From Lama guanicoe (Eukaryota): a stretch of 64,000 nt of DNA. The notes under the pieces are model-generated. The model had not been told where the DNA came from, did not search any database, and saw only the letters and a program-made list of their open reading frames with translations. Positions 26,231-39,569 of this stretch are shown one piece after another (position 1 is the stretch's first letter; each line of letters opens with the position of its first letter). The position numbers and the translations under genes are program-made. Location of the stretch: contig MU054187.1 in the NCBI GenBank assembly GCA_013239625.1, positions 3,979,757-4,043,756 on the forward strand. The letters are read 5' to 3'.

Positions 26231-26946
26231 GGTTGGGAGACTCCCTGAGAGTGTAACAGATTTAAGTCAAATCGGTTCTACTTTGTGCAAACACAGTTGG
26301 AACAAATATCTGCTTATAACACTGGAGCAAATTAAAATCTCTAATTTCAATGAAAATTTATTTCAAATGTTTCCACTTATGTTCTCCTTTAAAAGAATGC
26401 ATCCCTAATGAAATAATCCTTCCAAAATAGTTTGGGTATTCTCTGATACAATTTCATTAAGAGCACTAACGAGGCTTGTAAATTAAACCACAGTGGTTTG
26501 TGTACAGCAAGGGCCAGGGTGCTCGGGGGCGTTCTGTTGCTGTTGATTGATTTCTAGACGGACATCTCCACGTGGCTCCAAGGAGAGTCGTTTTCTTTAA
26601 CAGCTGTTTGTTGCTCTTGTTTGTTAGGCTCTCACCTAGTTCTCATCCTCACTCCTTGTCAGAGAAAATGGCCCGATTCCTCATTTCATTTCTTTCATTA
26701 ATGAATATAAAGCAAAAGGCCAAAGTCCAGCTCAGGAAGTATTGACACTGTGCATCTGGAAAATTTAGTGATGAGTCCTACTGTCAATGTGCTGTGTGAC
26801 CCTGATCTAATTAATTGATCAGTAAGAGACTGTTGCCTTCTCCAAAAATAGGAATTAAATAAGTTATTTCTTAAACATTTTTAGCCCATATCATGTTCCT
26901 CATAATATGGAGAAAAGTTAAAATAAAACTAAAACTGCATATGTCC

Positions 26947-26998
26947 TCTATCTCTATCTGTCTGTCTGTCTGTCTATGTATCTATCTATCACCTATCT
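26947..26998. repeat. (TCTA/TCTG)n microsatellite
   Basis: ctatctctatctgtctgtctgtctgtctatgtatctatctatc. Confidence 0.85.
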
Positions 26999-27079
26999 TT
27001 GTAAAGGTAAATAAAACAAATAAAATGAAAGCCGTGACACAAAGTGGAATATGATGGGAGTAATAGGAATGCACTGTAG

Positions 27080-27245
27080 AAAGGGCCAATCTGTGAAGCT
27101 AGGCAGAACCAGGTTCAAGTCCCAGCACCGTCACTCAGGTGCACTTCATCTTTGGTAAGTTACTTGTTTCTTCAAACGTTTGTGGTAGGAATAAACATAC
27201 CACCTGTAAAGCACCTGGTACACAGTACGTACTGAATAAGTAAGG
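27080..27245 (+). mobile_element. MIR SINE (internally deleted)
   Basis: ccaggttcaagtcccagc...tttggtaagttactt...tgtaaagcacctggtacacagtacgtactgaataag. Confidence 0.65.
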
Positions 27246-27254
27246 CTGATTTAG

Positions 27255-28715
27255 TCCCAAATTTGGCAAAAACATAAATTGACAGATTGAAGAAAATTAG
27301 TGAACCCTAAAAAATATACCCCCCAAAAAAACCCATGTCAAGAAACATCATAGTAAAAGTTCTGAAAACTAAAGACAAAACACAACAAGAACAAATCAGT
27401 CACAAAGATAAGAGGCGCTACATAAGGGAAATCAATTTGAACAATGAATTTCTCATTCAAAACTGTGGAGCCCAGAAAAACGAGACTGATGTTTTTTAAA
27501 TGTTAAAAGAGAAGAACTGGCAACCCAGAACTCTATATCCAGCACAAATAGCCTTCAAAGGTTAAGGGGATTTGGCCATTCTCAGAGGAATTTGTTGCTA
27601 ATAGACCCATACTACAAAGAATGGTTGAAGGAATTTTTCTAGAACAGAAGTGAAATGATATGAAAAAAACTTTGAACTATCAAGAGGGAAGAATTTAGAA
27701 AGAACAAAAATAAGAATGAATGCAATAGGCTTTTCTTCTCCTCTTGAATTTTTTAAATTGTGTTTGACAGTTTTAGCAATAATTGTAACAATACCTAATG
27801 TAGCTCTCGATGTATGTAGAAGAAATATTCAAGACAATTATATTATAAATGGGAGAGGGGACGTAAATGGAGACAAGGTTTCTGGGCTTTATTCAAATGG
27901 GTAAAATGCCAACACCAATGAGCTCTGGTAAGTATTGCATATATAATATATACCCAGAGAAACCACTGAGAAAATCTATTCAAGAGGTGTACTCAAAAAC
28001 ACCACAGATGTAAGGACATACTAGAAAACATTGTTCATGTAACTCACAGAAAAATAGAAGTAACAGAGAAAGGGTAAACATAGAGAATAAACAAAACAAA
28101 ACAAAACACCCCAGCAGGCTTAACTCTTGACAGTTCAACAATTACATGAAATAAAAATGGTCTAAATGTACCAATTAAAAGAGAGATATTGTCAGCATGG
28201 ATAAAAAGAACTTGGCCCAACTAAACACTGTCTGTGGGGGAGTCACTTCAAATATAATTACATAGATAGGTTGAAAGTAAAAGTATGGAAAAAGGTATTG
28301 CATGCAAACACTGAGGCAGAAAAGAAAGCATGATAGCTCTATTATTGTCACATATAAAGACACCAGAGCAAAGAAAGCTACCAGGGACAGAGAGGGACAT
28401 TATATAATGACAAAGGGGCCAAACCACCACAGAGGCATTGCAGTCCTAAATATATATGCAACCAAACAACAGAGCTGTGAGATATGGGAAGCACAAACGG
28501 AGTTAAAAAGAAAACACCCAAAAGAAGAAAGAGAACCACAATTACAGTGACTTCAGCACCTCTCTCTCAACAACCAAAAGAACAATCAGGCATAAAACCA
28601 GCAAGAAGACAAAACTCAGCACCACCGTCCAGCAGCCGGATCGGATCCACATATACAGGACAACAGCAGAGAACACATTCTTTTCAAGAACCCACAGAAC
28701 ATACACTAAGAAATT
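27255..28715 (+). mobile_element. Old L1M fragment: ORF1 3' part, inter-ORF spacer and ORF2 endonuclease start
   Basis: ccaaatttggcaaaaacataaat, caacccagaactctatatccagc, aatggtctaaatgtaccaattaaaag; ORF 28302-28550 carries an EN-like remnant (RDREGHYIMTKG...AVLNIYA). Confidence 0.85.
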
Positions 28716-29184
28716 AAAAGCTGTCCACCTAGAATCTGCACTCAGCAGGAATGCATTTCAAAAGAAAAGGCAAAATGCAGATGTTTCGGATCAACAAAAC
28801 CTGAGGGCAACTGTCACCAGCAAAATCGCACTACAGGGAAGAATTTAACACCAGCAACCCTGCAACAGCAGAAGTAGTAAAAGAAACCCTTCAGGTAGAA
28901 GGAAGAGACTGCCAGACGGGGATCTGAAATCTGACTAAAGAATAAGAAGCACAGTCAACTACGCTGAGTAGCAGACGTTTTCTCTTGGACTTTCAATCTG
29001 TTTCGAAGGTGATGGTTTAAACAAAAGGAATAATACATTGTGGGGCTTATACGAAACAGTAAAATGTATGACAAAAATAGCACAAAGGTGAGAAAGAAAG
29101 AAATGGCAGTATCATCTTGCGAGAATCGTGTGCAGTGAAGTGGTATAATATGACTTGAAGGGAGATTTTGGTAAGCTGTACACC

Positions 29185-29372
29185 ACCAGCTGGTGAACCA
29201 GCTCACAGATCAGTCTGGCACACAGCCTGCTTTTGCACGGTCTGTAAGCTAGGAATTATTTTACATTTTTTAAAATTAGAGAAAAATGAATATGTAATAA
29301 AGACCATATGTGTCCCACAAATCTAAAATATTTATTATTGGCCCTTTACAGAAAAAAAGATTGCCAGCCCTT
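29185..29372 (-). mobile_element. MER58-family hAT-Charlie MITE nested in L1
   Basis: ...ctaaaatatttattattggccctttacagaaaaaaagattgccagcccttg is the reverse complement of the MER58 terminus. Confidence 0.8.
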
Positions 29373-31037
29373 GAGGTACAATAGGAACTATAACACAAGC
29401 TCATGACAACGGGAAGAGTTATGACTAATGAACCATCAAAAGAGATACAAGGGAATCAGGGAAAATACTCAGTTAATATAAAAGCAGTATTTTGAAAAAA
29501 GAAGAGAAAGGGAATAAACAAGAAGTGGGACAAACTGAAAACTAATACCAGGATGGTAGTTTAAAACCTAACCATACCAATTATCATATTGACAGTAAAT
29601 GGTCTAAACACCTTAATAAGAGGACAGAGATCGTCAGATAAGAGGAAACTGTGAGACCCAACGGGATGATGCCTGGAAGAAGTGAACTTCATATGTGAAA
29701 ATATAAAAAGTCAAGATTGGTCTCAACAAGGAGAGGGTCAGAGAGAAAAATACAAAATGGTTAAAGTTATGGAATAAAATACACCATGTTGACATTATTA
29801 AAGTAAAGACGGAGTAACTGTGTTAATGTCAGACAAGGTAGATTTCAAACAAAATTACCAGGGACAAAGGGGAAACTTTCATATTGATAAAAAGGTCACC
29901 TCCGTGGGAGGGGCTGCTAACTGCACATATTTATTCAACTCATGATAGAACTTCAAAATAAGTAAAACAAAAGCTGACGTAAATTTCAGGAGAAATAGGA
30001 AAACCCACAATTGTGGTCTGAGATTTTAGCACCGTTCTCTCAATAATTGATAAAACAAGTAGGCACAAAATCAGTAAAAATATAGAAGACTTCAACAGTA
30101 CTTTGAACAATTGGACCTAAGTGATATTTATACAACATTCCTTCCAATGATAGCAGAGTACACGTTCTTTTCAAATGCACCCAGAACCTTTTCCAAGATA
30201 GCTAATAATCTGTGCCATAAAATAGGTGCCAATAAACTGAAAAGGATTCGAGTTCTACTGAGTATGTCCTCTTTCCACAACAGAATTAAATTAGGAATCA
30301 ATAACAAAGGTTTCTGGAAAATGCCCAAGTACTTGGAAACTGAACAGTCCATTTCTAAATAATCTATAGGTCAAAGAAGAAATCAAAAGGGAAATTAAAA
30401 AGTTGTTTTGAACTGAATGAAAATGAAAACATAAGATGTAAAAATCTGTGGGCAGTGCTGAACAGTACTTAGTGGGGAATCTGTAATGCTAAAGACTATA
30501 ATACAAAAAAGATTTCAAACCAGCGACCTTAGCTTTTGCCTTCAGAAACTAGAAAAAGAAGCACAGATGAAATCTAAAGTAAGCAAAAAAGAAAAAATAA
30601 TAAAGAAGAGAATGGGGATTAATGAAAGAAAAATCCCAGGAAAATAATAGAGAAAAATCAGTGAAATCAAAAGCTGGTTCTTTGAGAACAATAAGATTGA
30701 TAAATCTTTACCCAGAAAGATTAGGGGGAAAGAGAGGACAGAAGCAGCCACTATCAGCAACAAGAGAGTTAACATCAATGCCTATTCAACAGTTATTAAA
30801 ATAAGCAATTATGATGGAGAATTGCATGGTCATAATTTAGACATCTTAGCTGAAATTGACATGTTCTTAAAAGACACAGGTTGCCAGGCTTGCTCACATA
30901 GAGAAAACCAGCACAGCCTACATCTGTTACTGAAACTGGATATAGTGAAGGACGTTCCACAAAGACATCTCAGGAACTGGGTGGCTTTACTGATGAATTC
31001 TATCAACCATTCAAGCGAAAAATAACAGATTCCATGT

Positions 31038-31240
31038 ATGGGATTAACAGATACAAACTACTATACATGTAAAATAGACAGGCAGCAGGATTTGCTGTAC
31101 AGCACAGGGAAATATATCCCATATCTTGTAATAACCCACAATGGAATATAATCTGAAATATATATAAAACTGAGCCACTTTGCTGTAATCTAAAACTAAC
31201 ACAATATTGTAAATCAACTGTACTTCAATAAAAAAAGAAA
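31038..31240 (+). mobile_element. Artiodactyl-type L1 3' UTR nested in old L1
   Basis: gggattaacagatacaaactactata...tacagcacagggaaatatatcc...actaacacaatattgtaaatcaactgtacttcaataaaaaaag. Confidence 0.85.
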
Positions 31241-34200
31241 GGATGCTAATTTTACATAAACTTTTCCAGACAATTGAAGAAAAGAGAGACTTACTAACTC
31301 ATTTTATGTGGCCAGTATTATTCTTACACTAAATCCTGACAAAGACATTATAAGAAAACTACAAACCAATATACTTCATGAATATAGATGCAAAAGAAAA
31401 AAAAAAGAGTGAAGAGGAGGGGAGGGGAAGAGTATATACAACATATTCAAAATTCTAAAATTTCATAATTGGAAGCAAACAGCCCAATAAAATAGGGCCA
31501 AAATATTTGAAAAGATACTTCAAGGACGATCTACTTCAACAAAGAACGTTGCAGATGAACACATGAAGATGCTAAACAGCACTGGTCATCGAGGAAAGCA
31601 AATAAAAACCACACCACGCCTTTATCAGAATGACTAACGTGAATAATCGTGGTTGACGGTGTCGAGGAACAAAGGCTCTTCTCTGATGCTGGTAGGAACG
31701 TGAGAGGGCGCGATCATTTTGGAAAACCGTTTGATAGTTTATCAAACAGTTGAAGATATGTCTATCATATGATCCAGATATTTCACCCCTAGGTATTTAC
31801 CCAAGAGAAATGCAAACATAAGTCCCCAAACTCGTATAAGAATTTTCATAGCAGGATTATTTGTAATAGCCCCAAACTGGAACCAGCCCTGATGCCCACC
31901 GACAAATGAATAGAGGACCAGACTGTGGCATATCCAAACAACGCAACATTATTCAGTAATACAAAGTAATGAACTATTAATCCGTGTAACCACATGGATA
32001 AATCTCAAAATCATTATACTGAGGGGAAAAAGCCAAAGGGTGCCCTGGGAGAGGCAGGGAGGGGTGCTACAGACAGAAATTACAGAAGGCACAAGGAAAC
32101 ATTTGGGGCTGATGTATGTACTCATTCTATTAGTTGCAGCAATCATTTCATGATATATATGCATAGACACATGTGTGTATATATGTGTGTATTTATATAT
32201 ACACGTCGAAACTTGCATACTTTAAATATGTGAAGTTTATTATATATCAAATATATCTCATAAAAATTGTTTTATAAAAGCTGTTCGATTAACTTGGTTG
32301 CTGAATTTAACTTTATTTCTCTATTTTCTTAGCACACTAAACAATGTCAAGTGAATTCAGTAATGCCTGTTGAAAGGGTACAACGTCTCAGGCGTAATAA
32401 GGTGCAACGGACATGACCCTCTTCTAGATTTTATTTCTGTTTCAAACTATATCTGAATCTTGGAGAAAGTAATAATAATCGCTAATATGTGTTGAAAATC
32501 ATCGTATAGTACGAATTTTTCTAAGCTAAAAGGATTTTGAAGTCGTTGCACAATCCTACAAAAGTGGTACTTCCATTCTCCCGTGCTATGATGAATAAGC
32601 TTTCTCGAGGTCACGCATTCTAATACAAAGACTCTTCTTATGAAGCCTGGCTCCAGCATGTCCAGCGTGACCACACTGTGCAGACTTTTCAAGACTGCGA
32701 GACTGCAGCATTACATCCTGCTTCTTGGGGTTTATTCCCTCTTTCTAAGGGCCTCTTCCCCCTTATCTCTGTAGGACGCTGTGTTTCATGCTTCTTTGCC
32801 TTTTAATGTAGCTTTAAAAAAAACAAAAGAAAAAAAAAAGGCCTCTTTTTTCCTCTCTACTGAATCTGAAAAAATGTGAAATCATCTTTTAGATATAAAA
32901 GCTTAGAAACAAGTTACAATGGAAGCATTTCCACACCATAGTTGGGATGTGCTCCCAACTGGTATACAGTGGGACTCGGCCCTGGGGGACACCTGGGAGG
33001 GCACTGCATCGTCACAGGTTCTGTGAGTGCATGCTAGCATCTAGACTACGAGACTTACCCAGGAATGAAGAATTCCGTAAAAGTGAGATACTGAGAAAAT
33101 GCAAGTCTACTCTTCTCTGAGTTCAGAGTTTGTTATATTTCCCCAGGCTCTCAGAGCTGGGTGATACATACAGATAGAACCAGAACCCTGGTTTCTTGTA
33201 GGATGAAAAATCAGAAAGAGAAAACCTGTTGGAGTCGTATGTAAAACAAAAGATAAGTGAATAGTTTCAGGATCCTCCCAGTAACAGGCAAAGGGAGGCA
33301 GCCCCCAGAGATGAGCGCAGGTCCGAGCTGCTCTGATCACACGTGGGCTCCCATTTGCTGCGAGAGCAGTTTTATGGTTCTGTTGTTTTACCCCCGCTGT
33401 TTTCTGCATTAATGAGAAATCTGGCCTTTAGACATTGAGCAAGATGAGGCCACCTCATTTCTTCTATGGTAGTAGCAATTCACGCTCCGGTGAGTCAAGG
33501 TTATCAGCAGAAATGCTTTATGCAAATTGGATGTGTGGAAAACCTGGATACATTCTTTTTCATTTTAAAAGCTTCCTGGAAAGATTTCCTAACCTAATGT
33601 TCTTACAATAATATTTTTAAAGAATGAAATCCATCTTTGATGAAAAGGACATTGAATATTTAATTTTTCCTTACTACATGCTTAAATTACTTATTAATAT
33701 TGCATCTCATGACTCTAAATCACACTTCCTGGTTGTTTATTTTAAGGTTAATAATTTTACTTACAAGCATGTTAGCTTCCTGGAGTCATCTAAAATAAAC
33801 ACTATTAAATATAAAACAGTGTACTAGAGGCACGCAGAGGAAATAATTACTATATAAAATACAGGATATTTAATAACAATAAAAACTATGTAACTATAAA
33901 TCATGAATATAATTTTTGGGGCAAAGTAAAAGAAAAATAATTAAAATACGTTAAAAAAGATCTACCCTGGGGATTCTGAGTCAGATGCAGAAACTGTTAA
34001 CAACAAATATGAATGTCTATGTACAAACATACGGAACTTGCAAAATCGGTGTTTCTTTCGAATGTGCTTCAGGGTATTTTTGCCTTTGTTTTCTTTACTA
34101 CTTTAGTAATGACGATTTGAAAAGGACTGCTTCTTCCATAAACAGAAATGAAAACGGAAAAGCATCACTTTGTTTTGTAGTTCTGGAAGTCCATTCACTG

Positions 34201-35254
34201 TCAGCAAAGCTACTGCCTTCACATATAGTCTCCTGTACTTACTCATTCTGCTTTATTAACTCTCCTTAGAAAGTGGCATGGTATTTATGCCAGACGCCTA
34301 ATAAAATTCCTGGGGCCTGCTAGGCACCCAAATATTTTTTAAGTAATTAAATGCAAGGTTATGAGTAAACTTTCTTCTTTCATAAAGTCATAAAATATTG
34401 AAAAAATAAATGGACTTCTTTATCTTCTCTACAAACTGCGTAGCTCAAACTTTATAGTTTTGTGAAAGAATAATTTTTTTTAAACTAATTTAAGTTTATT
34501 GCATTTTAGAAGTTTGCAAAACCTGTTTGCCTGGCCGGGGAGGGACTATTGTAATTTGCATTCCTGTTTCCAAGACTTACTAGCAATTACGAATTTTGTT
34601 TTTCATGGGCATGCTGAGATGGGGAAAGGCAATGACAGAACTCTTGGATCTGCAATAAAGCGGAGTGTTTGAATAGGCAAAAATACACGTGCACAGAAAT
34701 GTATGTGTATATACATTTACGTATGTATGTGCGTGTGTGTTAACTGCCAGAAGATTCTGCGTCCTGCTGGCCATGGTTTTCCTCCATATTTGTTGATGTA
34801 AAGGGCTAGAGTAAGAACAAATCTCAAAGAGGTAAAGCTCTGTCAATCATTTATCTTCTTGCTTGTGCTGTAAACAGTAATGGTTTATTCTAGGGGTAGA
34901 AGGATGGTTTGATGTTAGAAAAACAGGACAGCACACGCAGACACACTCAGTACTAACGGCAGGGTACAAGTAAGTGATCGTCCCTTGCCGATGTGGGGAA
35001 TGACTGTTTCACATCAACCAAATGACTTTGGCAAGTGGCACTTGGATAAATTCCCAAACATGAGCTTTAGTATCTTACTCTTAATTATCTTGAAAATGGC
35101 ACGAGACCCCTCATCATGACTCAGTGGTGTTATAAAAACCTCCTCTTAAATCCTAAAATTCTTGTTTCATAGAAATGTGGGCCATGCCTTTTGTGAATTT
35201 TCTGCTTCTGTGGGAGAGACTAACCCTGCTTGGTCTCCTGTGTCACTGTCACCC

Positions 35255-35782
35255 TTGTTCTTAGTTTTCTCATCTGTCCAGGAAGAGGGTGTGGAGTGGA
35301 GTGTTTCCCAAACTCCAGTTGTCTGAGTCCCCAGGAACTTCACGATTTTTGCCAGAGCTGCATTCCACCTGCAGGACTATGTACTTACATTTTTTCTGTA
35401 TATTGATCCACTCTGCTTTAGTCCATTTTTAATAAAAATGTTAAAAGCTTCTATAAATATATAACCAGTACAATATCTTACAAATAGATGGTACCTGAAA
35501 AACAAATGTTTTCAAACAGGCAGTGTCAATTCTAGTTCGGTTCTCTTGTCTGACAAGAGCTCTGAGCAGAAACCTGACTTCTCTTTATGGAAAATAGGCA
35601 TCTTGCAGAGATGTTGAGGACAGAAAATTTTTCTTTCATCTTATGAGAAGGATTAATAGAAAACTGTAAAGGGAATTTTTTTTTTTCACTATGGGATTCA
35701 AGTAGTTTATGTTTCATGCTTTGGGAAACACTGTCCTGGATGATCATTAAGGATTTGTCCAAAGCTGACGTTCGGTTATCCC
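35255..35782 (+). mobile_element. MIR3-like SINE split by a hAT element
   Basis: agttttctcatctgtcc...ggagtgga | tcctggatgatcattaagg joins into the MIR3 core/tail motif. Confidence 0.5.
35300..35733. mobile_element. hAT-Charlie-type non-autonomous DNA transposon
   Basis: Perfect 13-bp terminal inverted repeats AGTGTTTCCCAAA (35300-35312) and TTTGGGAAACACT (35720-35732), typical of Charlie/MER5-like ends. Confidence 0.7.
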
Positions 35783-36074
35783 TCTGTGGCTCAGGGTCAG
35801 GCAAAAGAAACAGAAGGGAATGAAATATCCTCAGAGGACAGGAAAGGTCTGCCCTCTCCTCCATCACCATTACCTGCTATTTATGAGTCAAGCAAAGGCA
35901 AAACATTTAGTAATCTAGAGAGAAAAGATTCTGTAGCTATGCAGAAGATACGTCAAGTCGTTTAGTGCAGGAAAAAAATCTGAGAAGCAGGATGCACGTT
36001 GCGAAGTGGTAAATGGCATACGGAGGTGGACCGTCTCCACGGTGGTCCGCAGTCAGGGCAGCCTTCGGTAGGCT

Positions 36075-36572
36075 TGTTGACCGAAGCACATGCACAGCCT
36101 TCAAGGTGAGAGTTACGGTTTATTTGGTGGACATTTCTGAGGACTCAAACCCCTCGGAACCCTGGCTGATAGCCTCTCAGAGGGCTCTGAGACTACTCTG
36201 AAGAAGTAGGGGAGGAGCCAGGATATACAGGAGCTTTACAACAAAGACCAGGGAGTTGGAACAATAAAAGGTTCCTCGTTAGCTAAAGAAAACCAGGCAT
36301 CTCAAGTTAAAGAATTCAGTGCTTTTCTGTGTATGGGAGGAAGCAAGCATTTGGGCTCATTGAATTCATTCCTTTGACAAGCACCTGGCTATCCAGGGCC
36401 AGTCCTGTCCTTTCTTGTTCTGATCCCCTCAGGGTGCACCACTGTGAGTGGCTGCAGAGGCCGGGCTGCAGGCTGGTCTTCCCTGGGGGGAGGGGTGGCG
36501 GCAGCCGCTGATGACTTGATGGCTTCAGCGTTCTTTTTTTGCTGACATGGTCTGCAGTGTATTTGGTCCGCA
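36075..36572 (-). mobile_element. MER41-like ERV1 solo LTR (cetartiodactyl type)
   Basis: TG...CA termini and a near 4-bp TSD (GGCT/CGCT). Body gagagttacggtttattt...ggaggagccaggatatacaggag...aaagaaaaccaggcatctcaagttaaagaatt...tgggctcattgaattcattcctttga resembles the remembered ruminant MER41-like LTR. Confidence 0.8.
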
Positions 36573-38639
36573 CGCTGGTTGAACTAGTCTATGTTTTGTG
36601 GCTGTCTGAAATCTCTCTTGTTTATGAGAAGAGTTATTTTTTTTCTTTCACACTCTGCTGATCTCAAAGGTAAGACATCAAAGTCATTTATACACCAGGT
36701 GGGCAGAAATCTCCTCCAAAGGTTATAAAGGTAATTCACTGGCTATTAAACCTGCCAAATTTCCTCTCACCCCTCTCTCAACCCAGGGCCGTGGAGCTGG
36801 AAAAGTCCGGCTTCCTCGGGCCGGATGCTGTTCCGTGTGAACCCCTTTGCATGCTGTCCTACACTACCTTCTGGAAACGGCAGGCTCTTTGGTGTATCTG
36901 CATGCAGGAACAAGCTGCCTTCTTTACCAGGCACCATCTTAAGGAAATCTCATTTTTACCTTATTTAAACCACCAAATGTATATTTAATTTCAGCCTGAC
37001 CTTTCTTATCTATGAATAAAGCTAAGGAGACATCTGTCATGGAAAGTAATTTTGCCTCTATTAAATGACAGTAAACACTGCAACTGTTCCGTTACCTCCT
37101 CCGAGGCTCTGATCCAAATATTGTTCAGGAAGAAAAAGAATCAGTCGTTTACCTTGAAATTCTGTGAGCACACCTGCTATTTTCCAACTGTAATATGTAA
37201 GTTGTTTAGAACTTTCTGTAAATTAAAATGCTCCAAAAGGAGATAGATTTTAAAATTATCTCTATTTACTTTATCTGTCTTTACTTGAAACCCGTTTGTA
37301 TTACCAGAGTGACCTTCTCTTAGACTTGCATGTTAGCCTCATCTTATTTTGACTCTCAATAGTTTGTTTTCTCAAATGCTCAGTATGATCTGGTTATGCA
37401 AAATTTCAAGTAAAAAGGCACTGAATTAAAGGGTGGGTATAATGAATTGATGGAGAAATATGAGCTAGAAAATGAATAAATAGAAAAAAGTAAAAGAGAA
37501 ATATATTACTCACAGAAGGGAAAATATTATATATTTATATATATAACCATTTTCTAGAGGGATTAGTGTCTTTTGCTTGAATCGCCATTTTAACTAATTA
37601 AAGAAAAATCTGGTCGCCACCCCACCACACGGCTAGTAGAATGAGCAGGGATAATGAGAAAGGCTAGGCAGAGAGACCAGGTTATCCCTGTGTAAGGCCA
37701 ATGTTGCTTCCGTTTTTGAACTCCATTCATCTAACTGTGGTGACAATCAAATGACAGAATGTATATAAAAGCATTTTGTAAACTCGACATTATGGCTCAA
37801 ATATTTGGCATGATTTCTCCTTTTTATTATCATTCCCCAAATGCTGGAATTTGGCTCACCTACTGAGGACTCCTTTAGTTGTTGAGAAGTAGGCAGCTCG
37901 AGCTCTGTAGACATAGACTTAGACTTTAGCTTCTACTTAATTAACAGACTACCTGTTAAATGTGACCCAGACACCTGCCTTAGATTATCTAGGAAGCTGA
38001 AGACTGACTCTACCCACAGCATCCAGCAGATGAGATGGGAGGATTATCAGGAGAGTCAGGAACTTAGAAACCACTGGAGTAGGCTGTGAAAAGATCTCTA
38101 GGAACACAGAAAGCAACATTTAGCTGTAACAGCTTATCTTTACTAACTAGAAAATCAACTGACTTGGAAACAAATGAGATGCCTCCTCTCATTAGCTTCT
38201 TTATGTGGATGCAAGTCGTCTATCCCTTAGACGTTTAAATCATCAGTATTCATACGTGTGCTAAAAACATGGCCAGTAAATTTAAAATTATAAAGTAAAT
38301 TCAAAATGTCCCTTCTGTTATAGTAACTTTGACTCAATTTTGTTTTTTTTTTAATTTACTAATTTATTTCCAAAAATCAGTAAACATCCCTCACGTATCA
38401 TTGGTGAAATTTAAAAGGAAATTTTAATGAGCAATGTGTTCTCCTTTGGTAAATAGTCTGCATAATTTCCAATTAGACTTGAATTTATAATGTTTATGGA
38501 TGTTGGCAAGGCATAAACTAATTAGCATAGTCACTCAAGTTGTTGATCATAATAGAAATGATACCTTCAAAACTTCATTCCTTCCTAATTAAAAAAAATA
38601 GATCTGCAACTTTCTATATTAGATAATGGGATATTGAAC

Positions 38640-39545
38640 AATTCAGATCAGTCTTCCCCTGTAAGCCAACTGAAAAATAAGAATAAAATTTATATTTTAA
38701 AATTTTCATAGAGACATTGAATATATGATAAGAGAAGGAATTACAAAAGAGAGCTGACAAGAGAGAATGGAAAAAAAAATGGAATGTGAAGAGATCAAGC
38801 TGCACAGAAGCTTTAGCCCTGAGGGCGTTTCACATGAGGATGGGGATCGGTAGAAGCTTTAACAGCCTATGGTTGAACAGGACAGAAAACAAAGTGGAGA
38901 GATTAATAGAAGACTTTCTCTAAAGTAAGCTAAGATTCTAAAATGTTATTCCCCAGGGTTGAGGTGAACCAAAAGTGGAACAGACCATACGAATTACAGC
39001 CAACGTCAGATCTGTTGTTCTCAAGCCTTCACTTTGGTCTATAGTGAACCCAGTCTCCAGGCAAAAAAAAATACAAATGTTCTCTGGAAAAAAAAATTTA
39101 TTCTAAGCCTCAAATTGTTTCTTTGAGTTACATTTCAAATAGTCTCTTCAGTAAACAATAGTAAAGCACAAGAAGAAATGCCATGAGTAACAACAGAAAG
39201 ACTTGACAGTCTTGACCAGCTGAGATTATTCGATCCAGACAGCAAAATAACCGTGCTGATTATGGCCAAGGACATAAAACACGAGCTTCCAGGTATCTGC
39301 AGAGAAAATAAATTGATGAAGAGGAATACAATGGATTAGAAAAAGAATAAAGTGGAACTGTTAGAAAAAATTCAAGGGGGAACTTCAGCTTCTGCTCAAG
39401 ATGTAACAGGGACTGAGTTTACCTTCTTATCTGAAACAGAAGAGACCAAATATATATATATATACAATACATATATTATATATATATAATTAATGGGGAG
39501 GCTTGAGAGACTAGACAAAGCTGAAGAGAGAGTTAGTGATCATAT
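38640..39545 (+). mobile_element. Ancient L1M 5'/ORF1 fragments with a short (TA)n
   Basis: A-rich ORF1-like text (gagattattcgatccagacagcaaaataaccgtg, aaaaagaataaagtggaactgttagaaa), an L1 5'-end motif aacttcagcttctgctcaagatgtaacagggactg at ~39380, and (TA)n at ~39450-39490. Confidence 0.55.
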
Positions 39546-39569
39546 ACATTTTAGGTTAAACTTATCTAT

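Larger units (their letters stand above)
28720..32282 (+). mobile_element. Second old L1M (L1MD/ME-like): ORF1 end, ORF2 N-half, internal deletion, 3' UTR
   Basis: ORF1-end motifs at 28720-28900. ORF2 remnants include ORF 30111-30362 (DLSDIYTTF..AEYTFFSNA..TFSKI) and aaaagctggttctttgag. 3' UTR at 31480-32282 (ccctaggtatttacccaagagaaatg). Confidence 0.85.

Noticed and set aside
27255..32282. Functional L1 ORF1/ORF2
   Set aside because: Riddled with stops, frameshifts, deletions and nested insertions; only short peptide remnants survive.
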